Position numbers and translations under genes: made by a program. Source: Patescibacteria group bacterium (GTDB lineage: Bacteria; Patescibacteriota; Patescibacteriia; Patescibacteriales; JBAZCA01). From it: 64,000 nt of DNA. This document shows, piece by piece, positions 26,003-35,167 of this stretch. Positions within the stretch are counted from its first letter, which is position 1. The number at the start of each line of letters is the position of its first letter. The stretch covers positions 47,144 to 111,143 of the forward strand of contig JBAZUF010000001.1 in assembly GCA_041661505.1 (NCBI GenBank). Direction: 5' to 3'. The notes below the pieces were generated by a model, which was not told where the DNA came from, made no database searches, and was given only the letters and a program-made list of their open reading frames with translations.

Positions 26003-27463
26003 ATGTCCAACATAAGGGTCAGAATCGCTCCATCTCCCACCGGCTTTTTACATATCGGCAATTTACGCACTGCGCTTTTTGATTATGTCATCGCCAAGCA
26101 TTACGGCGGCAAGATGATAATCCGCATTGAAGACACTGACCAAAAAAGGGAGGTGCCGGGCGCCGTTGAAAGTTTACTCCGGGTTTTTGACTGGATCGGA
26201 ATAAAATTCGATGAGGGTCCTGAAATCGGAGGCCCGTTCGCGCCGTACATCCAAACCCAAAGACTCGATATTTATAAAAAACACGCCGAAGAACTTTTGG
26301 AAAAAGGCGGCGCTTACCCTTGTTTTTGCTCACCGGAAAGACTGGACCAGATGCGGCGCGACCAGCAGTCAAGAAAAGAACCGCCGCACTACGACCGCCA
26401 TTGCCGGGAACTTTCAAAGGATGAAGCCGCGAAAAAAATCGCGTCCGGAGAAAAATTTGTCCTCCGCCAAAAAATGCCTCTGGACGGAAAAACTGTTGTC
26501 CATGATGAATTGCGGGGCGACATTGGATTTAATAATAGCGAGCTGGAAGATCACGTTTTAATAAAATCCGACGGAATTCCGACTTATCAGTTCGCCAGCG
26601 TGGTTGACGACCACCTGATGGAAATTTCGCACGTTCTTCGCGGCGAAGAATGGATTCCGTCTTTTCCAAAAAATATTTTACTCTACCAGGCCTTTGGCTG
26701 GATCGCGCCTAAATTTATTCACATGGCGCTCACTTTAAATAAAGGCGGCGGAAAATTAAGTAAGCGCCAGGGCGATGTCGCGGTCGAGGATTACAAAGCT
26801 AAAGGGTATCTGCCCGAAGCTTTAATTAACTTCAGCATCCTGCAAGGCTGGCATCCCAAGGGCGACGAAGAAATTCTAACCCTCGCCCAGATTATCGAAA
26901 AATTCAGGATTGAAGACATGGGCACCAGCCCGGCGATTTTTGATATTGAAAAACTGGATTACTTTAACGGCTATTATATCCGCCATAAATCTTTGGATGA
27001 AATTTATAAACTGTGCCTGCCGTATTTAGAAGAAAATTTAAAAAAAACATCCAATCCCAAAAAAAAATCCAAGTCTTTCATTAAAGCCGTTATTTCTCTT
27101 GAGCAGGAAAGACTGAAAAAACTGTCCGAGATCGGCGAGCTTACTGAATTTTTGTTTGTTGATAAGCCCGAATACGATCCGGAACTTTTGGTTTGGAAAA
27201 AAATGACTATTGATCAGGTGAAACAAAATCTGCAGGAGATAATTGAGGTTTTAGGACGCATCCCCGAAGATAATTGGACCAATGATTCGATTGAAGACGC
27301 GGTAAAATCGCATATACAGGCGAAAAACGGCAGTATGGGCGAATATTTATGGCCCATGCGCGTCGCTTTAACCGGCCGCAAGGCCTCGCCCCCGCCCTTT
27401 GATGTCGCCGAAGTATTAGGGAAGGAGGAGAGTATTAATAGAATAACACAGGTGATTAAATAA
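26003..27463 (+). CDS. gltX: glutamyl-tRNA synthetase
   Basis: PSPTGFLHIGNLRTALF (HIGH) and KLSKRQG (KMSKS) class I motifs. Confidence 0.9.
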   Translation: MSNIRVRIAPSPTGFLHIGNLRTALFDYVIAKHYGGKMIIRIEDTDQKREVPGAVESLLRVFDWIGIKFDEGPEIGGPFAPYIQTQRLDIYKKHAEELLEKGGAYPCFCSPERLDQMRRDQQSRKEPPHYDRHCRELSKDEAAKKIASGEKFVLRQKMPLDGKTVVHDELRGDIGFNNSELEDHVLIKSDGIPTYQFASVVDDHLMEISHVLRGEEWIPSFPKNILLYQAFGWIAPKFIHMALTLNKGGGKLSKRQGDVAVEDYKAKGYLPEALINFSILQGWHPKGDEEILTLAQIIEKFRIEDMGTSPAIFDIEKLDYFNGYYIRHKSLDEIYKLCLPYLEENLKKTSNPKKKSKSFIKAVISLEQERLKKLSEIGELTEFLFVDKPEYDPELLVWKKMTIDQVKQNLQEIIEVLGRIPEDNWTNDSIEDAVKSHIQAKNGSMGEYLWPMRVALTGRKASPPPFDVAEVLGKEESINRITQVIK

Positions 27464-27512
27464 AGAATATATTTTATTGCTCATTCTAAGCTAAAAGCAC
27501 AAGGAGACGATT

Positions 27513-27710
27513 ATGCCACGAAGAGCAAAACGAATTGAACTTGATGGTGAGGACGGCCCGTTTAGTAGTGTTGGCTCAAACACCGCTACCGTGGGAGACA
27601 TTATCGGAATCGGGCCTAAAAACGGCGACCTGCTCGACGAGCAGATAGCTATAATCGCCAATGGTCCCGAAAAGCTCAAAAAGGGACCGGGTAAGGAGGA
27701 AATCTCATGA
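27513..27710 (+). CDS. small acidic hypothetical protein (65 aa)
   Basis: AAGGAGA RBS 6 nt before ATG; locally elevated GC. Confidence 0.5.
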   Translation: MPRRAKRIELDGEDGPFSSVGSNTATVGDIIGIGPKNGDLLDEQIAIIANGPEKLKKGPGKEEIS

Positions 27711-27970
27711 AGGAATGGGAGTTTACCGATCTGTTTTTGGTAAAAATCTTCGACGGTTTTTGCTGCCTGCTCTGTTTCTCGGGCAGTTACAGTTTCGTTA
27801 TGAAAGACGGAACTCGGACCAAAGCCGTGTCAAAAGCCGACGAACATCTGATCAACTATTGCGAATGCGACAACTGCACTACGCATTTCGCCGATCCAAG
27901 GAGATTCACACGTCCCTTTGTTCCCCAAATGCCCGACAAAATTCATCCCGACCGCGCCGAATTGAGCTAG
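27707..27970 (+). CDS. small Cys-rich hypothetical protein (87 aa; CCxxC...CxCxxC)
   Basis: AAGGAGG RBS; ATGA overlap with the upstream gene (translational coupling). Confidence 0.5.
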   Translation: MKEWEFTDLFLVKIFDGFCCLLCFSGSYSFVMKDGTRTKAVSKADEHLINYCECDNCTTHFADPRRFTRPFVPQMPDKIHPDRAELS

Positions 27971-28048
27971 GCCTTGGGGCAGGGTTTCGGCACCGAAGCT
28001 AAAGGAGGCGGACAACAACAAGTTCGCCTCCTCCCAAAACCTAAAAAC

Positions 28049-28543
28049 ATGGAAAACAAACTTAAAAACGCCTTAAAGTGGATTACCGGAATTTTGGAAG
28101 AGTTGAATATACCTTATCAGATTTCCGGCGGTTTCGCGGCGCATATTTACGGAGCGGCCCGCCCGGTCAACGATATTGATATCGACGTTCCGGAAGACCG
28201 GATGGAAGAAATCGTGCCTCGGGTTAAAGATTTTATTATTCAGGAGCTTGGGCATTTCCAAGACAAAAAATGGGACGCGAAGCTTATGGTGCTCGATTAC
28301 CACGGACAGATTATTGATTTGGATGGCGCCGAGAACATGAAAATTTACGATGAGGTAAATAATATCTGGGTGCCTTGCCCGGCTAACTTAAAAAGCTCGC
28401 GGATATTAAAAGTTTTTGGCCTGGATATTCCGGTTGTTAATCCGCGTGATCTTGCCGATTATAAAAAGCTATTGATCGCCGAAGGTCATGAGCACCACGT
28501 CGGAGATGTAGAGGCAGTGGAAAAATATTTATCAATAAATTGA
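28049..28543 (+). CDS. nucleotidyltransferase, aminoglycoside 2''-adenylyltransferase (ANT(2''))-like
   Basis: IPYQISGGFAAHIYGAARPVNDIDIDV (GS-x-DxD Pol-beta NTase motif) aligns with the ANT(2'')-Ia N-terminus; ATG at 28049 preferred over TTG at 27974. Confidence 0.6.
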   Translation: MENKLKNALKWITGILEELNIPYQISGGFAAHIYGAARPVNDIDIDVPEDRMEEIVPRVKDFIIQELGHFQDKKWDAKLMVLDYHGQIIDLDGAENMKIYDEVNNIWVPCPANLKSSRILKVFGLDIPVVNPRDLADYKKLLIAEGHEHHVGDVEAVEKYLSIN

Positions 28544-28546
28544 AAT

Positions 28547-28810
28547 ATGGAGGAGCTGAAAACAGAGGTAGAAAAAATAAAAGACAGAAACGCGAGGGTT
28601 GAGGCGGACAAAGCCTGGGAGACAAGCTGGACCCGCCGTATGCTTGTTGCCTTCCTGACCTATCTGGTTATCGTGATATTTTTTCTAACGGTTAAGGTGC
28701 CGAGGCCTTTTATAAACGCAATTGTTCCGACTTTAGGCTTCGTGCTTTCCACTTTATCCATATCGTATGTAAAAAAACTTTGGCTGAAAAAGTATTATAA
28801 AAATTCATAA
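28547..28810 (+). CDS. small membrane protein (87 aa)
   Basis: two TM helices; its 3' end is duplicated at 31149-31232. Confidence 0.5.
   Translation: MEELKTEVEKIKDRNARVEADKAWETSWTRRMLVAFLTYLVIVIFFLTVKVPRPFINAIVPTLGFVLSTLSISYVKKLWLKKYYKNS
28724..28810 (+). repeat. left copy of an approx. 85-bp direct repeat (3' end of the 28547-28810 gene)
   Basis: about 75-80% identical to 31149-31232. Confidence 0.7.
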
Positions 28811-28817
28811 AATAAAA

Positions 28818-29420
28818 ATGGACGCGATAAAACTTATAAAACCCGATTTAAAAAAAGGCTTGCCGCTAATGGAAGCGCTAAATTTAAGGCGTACCATCCG
28901 GGATTTAAAGCCCGATGAATTGTCTTTGGAGCATTTGTCTGAAATCCTTTGGGCGGCTAACGGAGTAAACAGGGAAGACGGCAAACGCACCGCTCCGTCG
29001 GCCTGCAATAAGCAAATGACCGAAGTGTACGCTATATTGCCGGACGGTATTTATTTTTACGATGCTCCGGCGCATGAATTAAAACCGGTTGCCAAAGGGG
29101 ATTTTAGGAAATTAACCGCCGTCCATGAATTCGCTTTTAGCGCTCCACTAAATTTAATTTTTGCCGCTGATTTTGATAAGATGGAAAAGATGCCCCGCCA
29201 GGAGCCGGAAGAAAATAAAATATCGTACGCCCGCGTTGAAGCCGGGCACCAGTCAGAAAACGTTCATTTGTATTGCGCTTCCGAAGGGTTGGGCGCGGCT
29301 GTCAGGATCATAATTCCGAGGGAAGAACTCGCGAAAGTTATGGGTTTAAAGCCAAACCAAAAAATTATTTTAGCCCAGACAATCGGCTATCCTAAATTAT
29401 CGGATGTTCAACCAAAATAA
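28818..29420 (+). CDS. nitroreductase-family protein
   Basis: 200 aa with nitroreductase-fold motifs (LRRTIRD..., SAPLNLIF, GHQSENVHL). Confidence 0.75.
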   Translation: MDAIKLIKPDLKKGLPLMEALNLRRTIRDLKPDELSLEHLSEILWAANGVNREDGKRTAPSACNKQMTEVYAILPDGIYFYDAPAHELKPVAKGDFRKLTAVHEFAFSAPLNLIFAADFDKMEKMPRQEPEENKISYARVEAGHQSENVHLYCASEGLGAAVRIIIPREELAKVMGLKPNQKIILAQTIGYPKLSDVQPK

Positions 29421-29422
29421 AT

Positions 29423-30325
29423 ATGGAAGGTAGACATAAGCGCCTTTGTTTAAATATTAATGCTCTGAAAAAATGCTGTCCCGGCGTTGGGATTGGGATT
29501 TTCAGGATGCCTTTGGATGAAGCAATTGATATTTTTAACACCGCCGGAATCCCGATGCAGTTTAAGCCGAAATCAATTTCTGACATGAAAAAAATAAACG
29601 CCGGGATAAAATATTTCGGCTCTCCAGCCACTCTTCATTTGCCGAATTTAAGGTATGAGGAAAACGGTTTGATGCAAAGAAAAGATGAGCTGATTAGAAT
29701 CGTTAAAGAAAAAACTCCTTCCAATATAAGACTGGTAACCGTGCATCTGGGATGGAAAGACGCCGATCTGGTTTTGGATAAAAAAGGCAATTGGAAAAAT
29801 ACCGAAGAGGGCAAAAACGTAAAGAATGACCTCTTTGAATTGTTCATAGCCGGCATCAAGTCTGGCAAAACCATAACCATTGAAAACTTGCATTACAAGC
29901 CATACAAGCATTTTTTTCGGGAACTTTTGAGCTCGCGGCCGGAGCATCTAATAAAAACCAGGAATATGATCGCGAAAAACGCCGCCCGGTCAACCGGTTG
30001 GCCGCTAAAAAAGATATTGAGGCAGACCGGATTTACCCTTGACGTCGGGCATGCGTCCGCCAACGCCCATCTCAATAAAAAATACCCTCTTTCCGCCTGG
30101 CTAAAAACCCTAGGCGCGGACATAAAAATTATCCATCTCCACGACATGCAAATACAAATCCAAAACGGCATGAAAGTCGAACAAGCGCACATTCCGATGG
30201 GGAGCGGAGTGGTTGACTGGAAAAATTTCTTTAAATTGAAAAAAAAGCATTGCCCGGACGCGCCGATGATAATCGAGCTTCCGGAAGAGGACGCGATAAA
30301 ATCAATTGAATTTCTAAGAAAATAA
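29423..30325 (+). CDS. TIM-barrel sugar phosphate isomerase/epimerase-like protein
   Basis: weak xylose-isomerase-like TIM-barrel signatures (VHLGW, IHLHD, IIELPEED). Confidence 0.45.
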   Translation: MEGRHKRLCLNINALKKCCPGVGIGIFRMPLDEAIDIFNTAGIPMQFKPKSISDMKKINAGIKYFGSPATLHLPNLRYEENGLMQRKDELIRIVKEKTPSNIRLVTVHLGWKDADLVLDKKGNWKNTEEGKNVKNDLFELFIAGIKSGKTITIENLHYKPYKHFFRELLSSRPEHLIKTRNMIAKNAARSTGWPLKKILRQTGFTLDVGHASANAHLNKKYPLSAWLKTLGADIKIIHLHDMQIQIQNGMKVEQAHIPMGSGVVDWKNFFKLKKKHCPDAPMIIELPEEDAIKSIEFLRK

Positions 30326-30330
30326 TAATT

Positions 30331-31086
30331 ATGAGAACGGCGCGTGAAAAAATTGATGATTTTCAGCCAAGACAGCGAAACAACGACAAAAAGGAAATAG
30401 CCGAATTATCGGCAGTCTTGTCGGGACAATCAAAAAAAGCCTTATCAAACGATTCGTTAATTGCCTTGGCGCCCCAGCGGATTTTTGAAATTGCCGCCGA
30501 TAAAAAAAATGTCCGGGTGCTTCAAATGCCCAGTGAGCCCGGCTGTATTTCTGTTATGGTCGTGGAAAGGGACTTTCCCGAAGAGCTGACCAATTTTAAA
30601 GCCTGGAACGCGTGGCAAAAGGATATTAAAACTGCCTTGGAAAATAAAAAATCTCTCCCCAGGGCGCCAGAAGGAGTCGATCGTCTGCATGCTAAGTTCA
30701 GTTCCAAGATTAACAGAGGAGATCTTCAATTAGATGACAGAATTTTTATGGCTTGTGATTTTCTCATCCATCCGGGCAATAAAGAAGCGGCGCGCATTGA
30801 AGACTTTGACGGAGAAACGCACCAAGGCATAGGCCAGGACTTTTATTTAAACACTCTTCCGGATCTGGCCAGAAAACTCGGGTTAAGATACATTGTTGGG
30901 AGGAATAATGAAATGAACCTGTCGTTTTTTAAAGAGGCGCTAAAAAGATATACCCTGGACGACGTAAAACCTGAATTTTATGATCAATTATTCCCCGAGA
31001 ACGCCGGCGATCCTTATTTTACCATCCAATTTTTATACGACGAAGATGTTCGCAAGTATATTAAAGAGGCAAGTATAAAAAATTAG
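30331..31086 (+). CDS. hypothetical protein
   Basis: 251 aa, no recognisable motif. Confidence 0.45.
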   Translation: MRTAREKIDDFQPRQRNNDKKEIAELSAVLSGQSKKALSNDSLIALAPQRIFEIAADKKNVRVLQMPSEPGCISVMVVERDFPEELTNFKAWNAWQKDIKTALENKKSLPRAPEGVDRLHAKFSSKINRGDLQLDDRIFMACDFLIHPGNKEAARIEDFDGETHQGIGQDFYLNTLPDLARKLGLRYIVGRNNEMNLSFFKEALKRYTLDDVKPEFYDQLFPENAGDPYFTIQFLYDEDVRKYIKEASIKN

Positions 31087-31148
31087 TTCTAAAGAAGATT
31101 TTTTTATGAGCGACTTCCAATCTCTGGAAAATGAAATTGAACACCCTG

Positions 31149-31232
31149 GTTCCGACGCTAGGATTTATCCTTTCCACTTTGTCCGTTTCCTATATAAAAA
31201 AGCTATTGGGTTAAAAAAATATAATAAAAAAT
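31149..31232 (+). repeat. right, decayed copy of the approx. 85-bp direct repeat; carries a 42-codon remnant ORF (31107-31232)
   Basis: aligns with 28724-28810 including the ...YKK..LKKY..K* reading frame at its end. Confidence 0.7.
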
Positions 31233-31240
31233 AAAATCTT

Positions 31241-31993
31241 ATGCAAATTGATTTGAAAGGAAAAAATATTCTCGTAACCGGCGCCAGTCGGGGAATAGGG
31301 AAGGCTATTGCCGAAACGATTGGAGGAGCGGGCGCCAAAGTCGCGGTCCATTTTTACAGCGCGGAAAAAGAGGCTTCTTTGGTAGCCCGGTCAATCGGAA
31401 ACGGCGCAAAAACTTTCCAGGCCGGGCTCGAATCTCCCGCCGAATGCGAAAAACTTTTCGAAAACGTTATAAAAGATTTTGGCTCGCTTGACGTTTTAGT
31501 AAATAACGCCGGCGCGATGATTATGGCCGGGCTGGATGACAAAGACTGGGTGGAAAAATGGGACCGAACCATGGCGATTAATTTAAGATCTGCCGGCATC
31601 CTTTCACGGCTGGCGGTTTTACATTTCAAAAAAAAGGGCGGGGGAAGAATAATCAATATCGCTTCCCGGGCGGCCTTCCGCGGAGATACGCCTGAATTTC
31701 TCGCATACGCCGCCTCCAAAGGCGGAATGGTGGCCTTAAGCCGCTCAATTGCCCGAGATTTCGGAAAAGACGGCATTAAATCATTTATAATAGCTCCGGG
31801 CTGGGTCCGGACCGAAGCGACCCGGGAATCGATTGAAGAGTATGGCGAAGACCAGATTCTTGGCGGAATCGCCTTAGACCGGCTTACCGAACCAAAAGAC
31901 ATCGCTCCGCTGGCAGCTTTTTTAGCGAGCGGACTGGCTGACCACGCGACCGGCGGCACTTTTGACGTAAACGCGGCCAGTTATGTCCATTAG
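31241..31993 (+). CDS. SDR-family oxidoreductase
   Basis: VTGASRGIGKAIA Rossmann motif, NNAG, YAASK catalytic motif. Confidence 0.85.
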   Translation: MQIDLKGKNILVTGASRGIGKAIAETIGGAGAKVAVHFYSAEKEASLVARSIGNGAKTFQAGLESPAECEKLFENVIKDFGSLDVLVNNAGAMIMAGLDDKDWVEKWDRTMAINLRSAGILSRLAVLHFKKKGGGRIINIASRAAFRGDTPEFLAYAASKGGMVALSRSIARDFGKDGIKSFIIAPGWVRTEATRESIEEYGEDQILGGIALDRLTEPKDIAPLAAFLASGLADHATGGTFDVNAASYVH

Positions 31994-32010
31994 CATCTCG
32001 GGGAATCTAA

Positions 32011-32787
32011 ATGACCAGCCTAAGAATAAATTTAGACAATATGGGATACAAAAGGCATCAAATTAAATCGCACGAAAAAGCTTGCATATTTCTGGAAAAA
32101 ATTGTTAAAGAGGCGTTTCAATATATTGAAAAAAATAAAAACTGTACCGAATACGAAGTGCAAAGATTTATTTTAGAAAGATTTAACCATTATAATCTAA
32201 AAACTGACAAAAGCCGGACGCCGATAGTAGCGTTCGGAAAGAGCACGTCCAATGTTCATTATTATCCTGCCAAGCGATCTTCAAGGCGCCTCCAACCCAA
32301 CTCGCTTATCATGATCGACATTTGGGCCCGCCTTGAAAAAAAGGGCTCGATTTTTTCCGATATCACCTGGATGGCTTATTATGGGAAAAAAGCGCCCGAA
32401 GAAATTATGAAAGTTTATAATCTGGTGATTGGAGCCAGGGACATGGCGATAAAGCATATCGCGGCCAGCCTTAGGAAAGGGAAGCTGCCGACCGGCAGGC
32501 AAGCCGACTTGGCCGCCAGAGACACCATTAAGCAGGCGGGCCATGGCAAGCGATTCATCCACACCACCGGCCACAGCCTCGGCTTAAACCATCCGCACGG
32601 AAGCTATAAAGGCCTAAGAACCGACAATCATCGGCCGCTTAAACCAGACATCCCCTATACTATCGAACCGGGGGTTTATCTTAAAAATCGGTTCGGCGTC
32701 CGAAGTGAAATTAATTTTTACATTTCCTCCGGCTTGAAGCTGAAAATTACGACAAAAATGCAGAAAAAAATGGTTTTACTTGCTTAA
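32011..32787 (+). CDS. M24-family metallopeptidase catalytic domain (aminopeptidase P/prolidase-like, lacks N-terminal domain)
   Basis: HTTGHSLGLNHPHG and YTIEPGVYL...GVRSEINF pita-bread fold motifs. Confidence 0.65.
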   Translation: MTSLRINLDNMGYKRHQIKSHEKACIFLEKIVKEAFQYIEKNKNCTEYEVQRFILERFNHYNLKTDKSRTPIVAFGKSTSNVHYYPAKRSSRRLQPNSLIMIDIWARLEKKGSIFSDITWMAYYGKKAPEEIMKVYNLVIGARDMAIKHIAASLRKGKLPTGRQADLAARDTIKQAGHGKRFIHTTGHSLGLNHPHGSYKGLRTDNHRPLKPDIPYTIEPGVYLKNRFGVRSEINFYISSGLKLKITTKMQKKMVLLA

Positions 32788-32890
32788 AATTCTATGCTAT
32801 AATTCTATAAAATATTTATATTTCACTTATTTACAAATCAAGCCGGGTAAAAAACTTTCGTTACTTTGGCTAAAATAAAAATATAAGCTT

Positions 32891-33922
32891 ATGCCTTCTA
32901 AAAAGGGAAACATTAATGTAGCTATTAACGGCTTTGGCCGGATCGGCCGGGCAGTCTTTAAGGCCATTCTAAAACGGCATCCGCATATTAACATCGTTGC
33001 CATCAATAATTTAACCGATCCGAAGACTACCGCCCATCTTTTTCGCTATGACAGCTGTTACGGGGTATACTGTAAAGATGTAAGCTATACCGAAAATAGC
33101 CTGATAGTCGACAAAAAGGAATATCCGCTAATCTCCGAGAGGGAGCCGTCCAACCTCCCCTGGGAAAAATTAAAAGTCGATATAGTTATCGAATCGACCG
33201 GCATATTCCGCGACATGGCCGGCGCCGGAGGGCATTTGAAAGCCGGGGCCAAAAAAGTGATAATTTCCGCGCCGGCTAAAGATGATGCGATAAAAAATAT
33301 CGTACTGGGCGTAAACGAAGAGGAGCTTAATAAGGAAGATGAGATAATTTCCATGGCCTCCTGCACTACCAATTGCCTGGCGCCATGCACTAATGTAATT
33401 AAAAATAATTTCGGCATAGTTAAAGCGATCATGACTACCATCCACGCCTATACTTCGGACCAGAATTTAATCGATAACCCCCATAAAGACCTAAGAAGAG
33501 CCCGTTCGGCCGCCATAAACATGATTCCGACTACAACCGGAGCGGCCCGGGCCGTAGCCAAAGCTATTCCGGAATTAAAAGGCAAGTTTGACGGTATGGC
33601 TATCCGCGTCCCTACTCCGGTAGTCTCAATTTCAGACATGGTTTTTATAACTTCCAAAAAAGTAACCGAGGAAGAAGTAAATAATGCCTTTAAAAAAGCT
33701 GTTAAGGAAAATAAATACAAAAACATAATTGACGTAACCAGCGATCCGGTCGTTTCAAGCGATATGCTTGAAAACCCTCATAGCGCCATAGTCGATTTGG
33801 CGCTCACCAAGGTGGTAGACGGCGATATGCTAAAAGTCGTCGCCTGGTACGATAACGAATGGGGATATTCTTGCCGTATGGCCGACTTGTGCGACTATAT
33901 TTCTAAAAAAGGCCTGGTTTAA
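32891..33922 (+). CDS. gap: glyceraldehyde-3-phosphate dehydrogenase
   Basis: INGFGRIGR and SCTTNCLAP active-site motifs. Confidence 0.9.
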   Translation: MPSKKGNINVAINGFGRIGRAVFKAILKRHPHINIVAINNLTDPKTTAHLFRYDSCYGVYCKDVSYTENSLIVDKKEYPLISEREPSNLPWEKLKVDIVIESTGIFRDMAGAGGHLKAGAKKVIISAPAKDDAIKNIVLGVNEEELNKEDEIISMASCTTNCLAPCTNVIKNNFGIVKAIMTTIHAYTSDQNLIDNPHKDLRRARSAAINMIPTTTGAARAVAKAIPELKGKFDGMAIRVPTPVVSISDMVFITSKKVTEEEVNNAFKKAVKENKYKNIIDVTSDPVVSSDMLENPHSAIVDLALTKVVDGDMLKVVAWYDNEWGYSCRMADLCDYISKKGLV

Positions 33923-33993
33923 TTACCGGCAAACCTACTCCGATATTATCGGCTTTTGGCATTAACTGCCTCTTTCTCCTACTCATTTAAACT

Positions 33994-35106
33994 ATGGAAA
34001 AAAATATTCTGCAGAAGATAAAAAAAGCCGGGCTTATAGGCCGGGGAGGGGCTTGTTTTCCGGTCTGGGAAAAATGGTCGGCCGTTTATAATGAACTCTT
34101 AAAAAAGCCGGTCAAGGAGAGAAAATGCTATGTAATCTGCAATGCTTCCGAAGGCGAGCCGGACGTAAAAAAAGACCGGCATATTTTAAAAAAATTTCCC
34201 GAAACCGTCCTTAAAGGAATGATGGCGGCCGTTGATTTTTTAGGCGCCAGGCAGGGATATATATATCTAAATTCCCAATACTACCGGGAGATAGCGCCGC
34301 GGCTTGAAAAAATTATCGGAGATTATGCAATTGAAGTCTTGGAAAAGCCGCATAAGGCGGGCTACATTGGAGGCGAAGAATCGGCAATTCTAAACGCCAT
34401 TGAAGGCAAGAAAATTGAGCCCCGGCTAAAGCCGCCTTTCCCTTTCAGTAAAGGCTTGTTCGGCCAGCCCACGCTTACCAACAACGTAGAAACATTTTAT
34501 AACGTCGGGCGGCTCCTCCTTGCTAGCTACGAACCAAACCGCTTTATAACCATAACCGAACACTTTCCCAAATCTTACCTGGGGACAGTCATCCGCCTAA
34601 AAAATTTCGTAAAAAAGGAGGTCTTTTTATTTCCCGAAGACTGGAGCGTAAAAAAAATTTTGAAGGCTTCCGGGCGCTGGCCCTTGTACAAATTTTTTGT
34701 ACAAGTAGGAGGAGGGGCGAGCGGCATAATCTTAAACTCAAACCAGTTAAATAGTCCGGTCCAGGGCTCGGGGTCAATTTCCATCTTTAGCCTGGAGAGG
34801 CATGATCCGATTGAGCTTATAAGGGGCTGGGCGAATTTTTTTCAAATGGAATCCTGCGGCAAATGCACCCCTTGCCGGGAAGGAACTTACCGCTTAAAAC
34901 TTGAGCTCCAAAACGAAAATCCGAACTGGGAGATTGCGAGGGAACTTTTGGATAATTTATCCGAAGCCTCTTTTTGCGGACTCGGCTGCGCGGCGCCGAT
35001 TGCTATTACCGGATATTTTAAAAATGTTTTTCCTCTGATTTCCGGCAAAGACAGCGGCTTTTCCGGGGAACAGGTTAAAGCCGTTTGCGAGTGCTTTTCC
35101 GAATAA
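33994..35106 (+). CDS. NuoF-like NAD(P)H-binding flavoprotein subunit of hydrogenase (HydB/HndC-like)
   Basis: GRGGACFPVWEKW, CNASEGEPDVKKDR, ESCGKCTPCREG (51-kDa subunit motifs). Confidence 0.8.
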   Translation: MEKNILQKIKKAGLIGRGGACFPVWEKWSAVYNELLKKPVKERKCYVICNASEGEPDVKKDRHILKKFPETVLKGMMAAVDFLGARQGYIYLNSQYYREIAPRLEKIIGDYAIEVLEKPHKAGYIGGEESAILNAIEGKKIEPRLKPPFPFSKGLFGQPTLTNNVETFYNVGRLLLASYEPNRFITITEHFPKSYLGTVIRLKNFVKKEVFLFPEDWSVKKILKASGRWPLYKFFVQVGGGASGIILNSNQLNSPVQGSGSISIFSLERHDPIELIRGWANFFQMESCGKCTPCREGTYRLKLELQNENPNWEIARELLDNLSEASFCGLGCAAPIAITGYFKNVFPLISGKDSGFSGEQVKAVCECFSE

Positions 35107-35167
35107 TCATTTATAATAACATAGTATAACTCGCTCTTCCGCACGCTGCCAGCGTGCGGACTCACTC

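Noticed and set aside
27974-28048. Longer TTG start at 27974 for the nucleotidyltransferase
   Set aside because: The extension (GQGFGTEAKGGGQQQVRLLPKPKN) overlaps a GC-rich hairpin and does not align with ANT(2'')-type N-termini. ATG 28049 matches the family start.
35120-35167. Hairpin plus CTCACTCAT motif occurring at 35120-35167, 57240-57280 and partially near 20874
   Set aside because: It is short (9 nt shared), and the contexts differ (before the hydA ATG, and in the dnaK-dnaJ spacer on the opposite strand). There is insufficient evidence for a repeat family, so it is noted only as a possible small regulatory motif.
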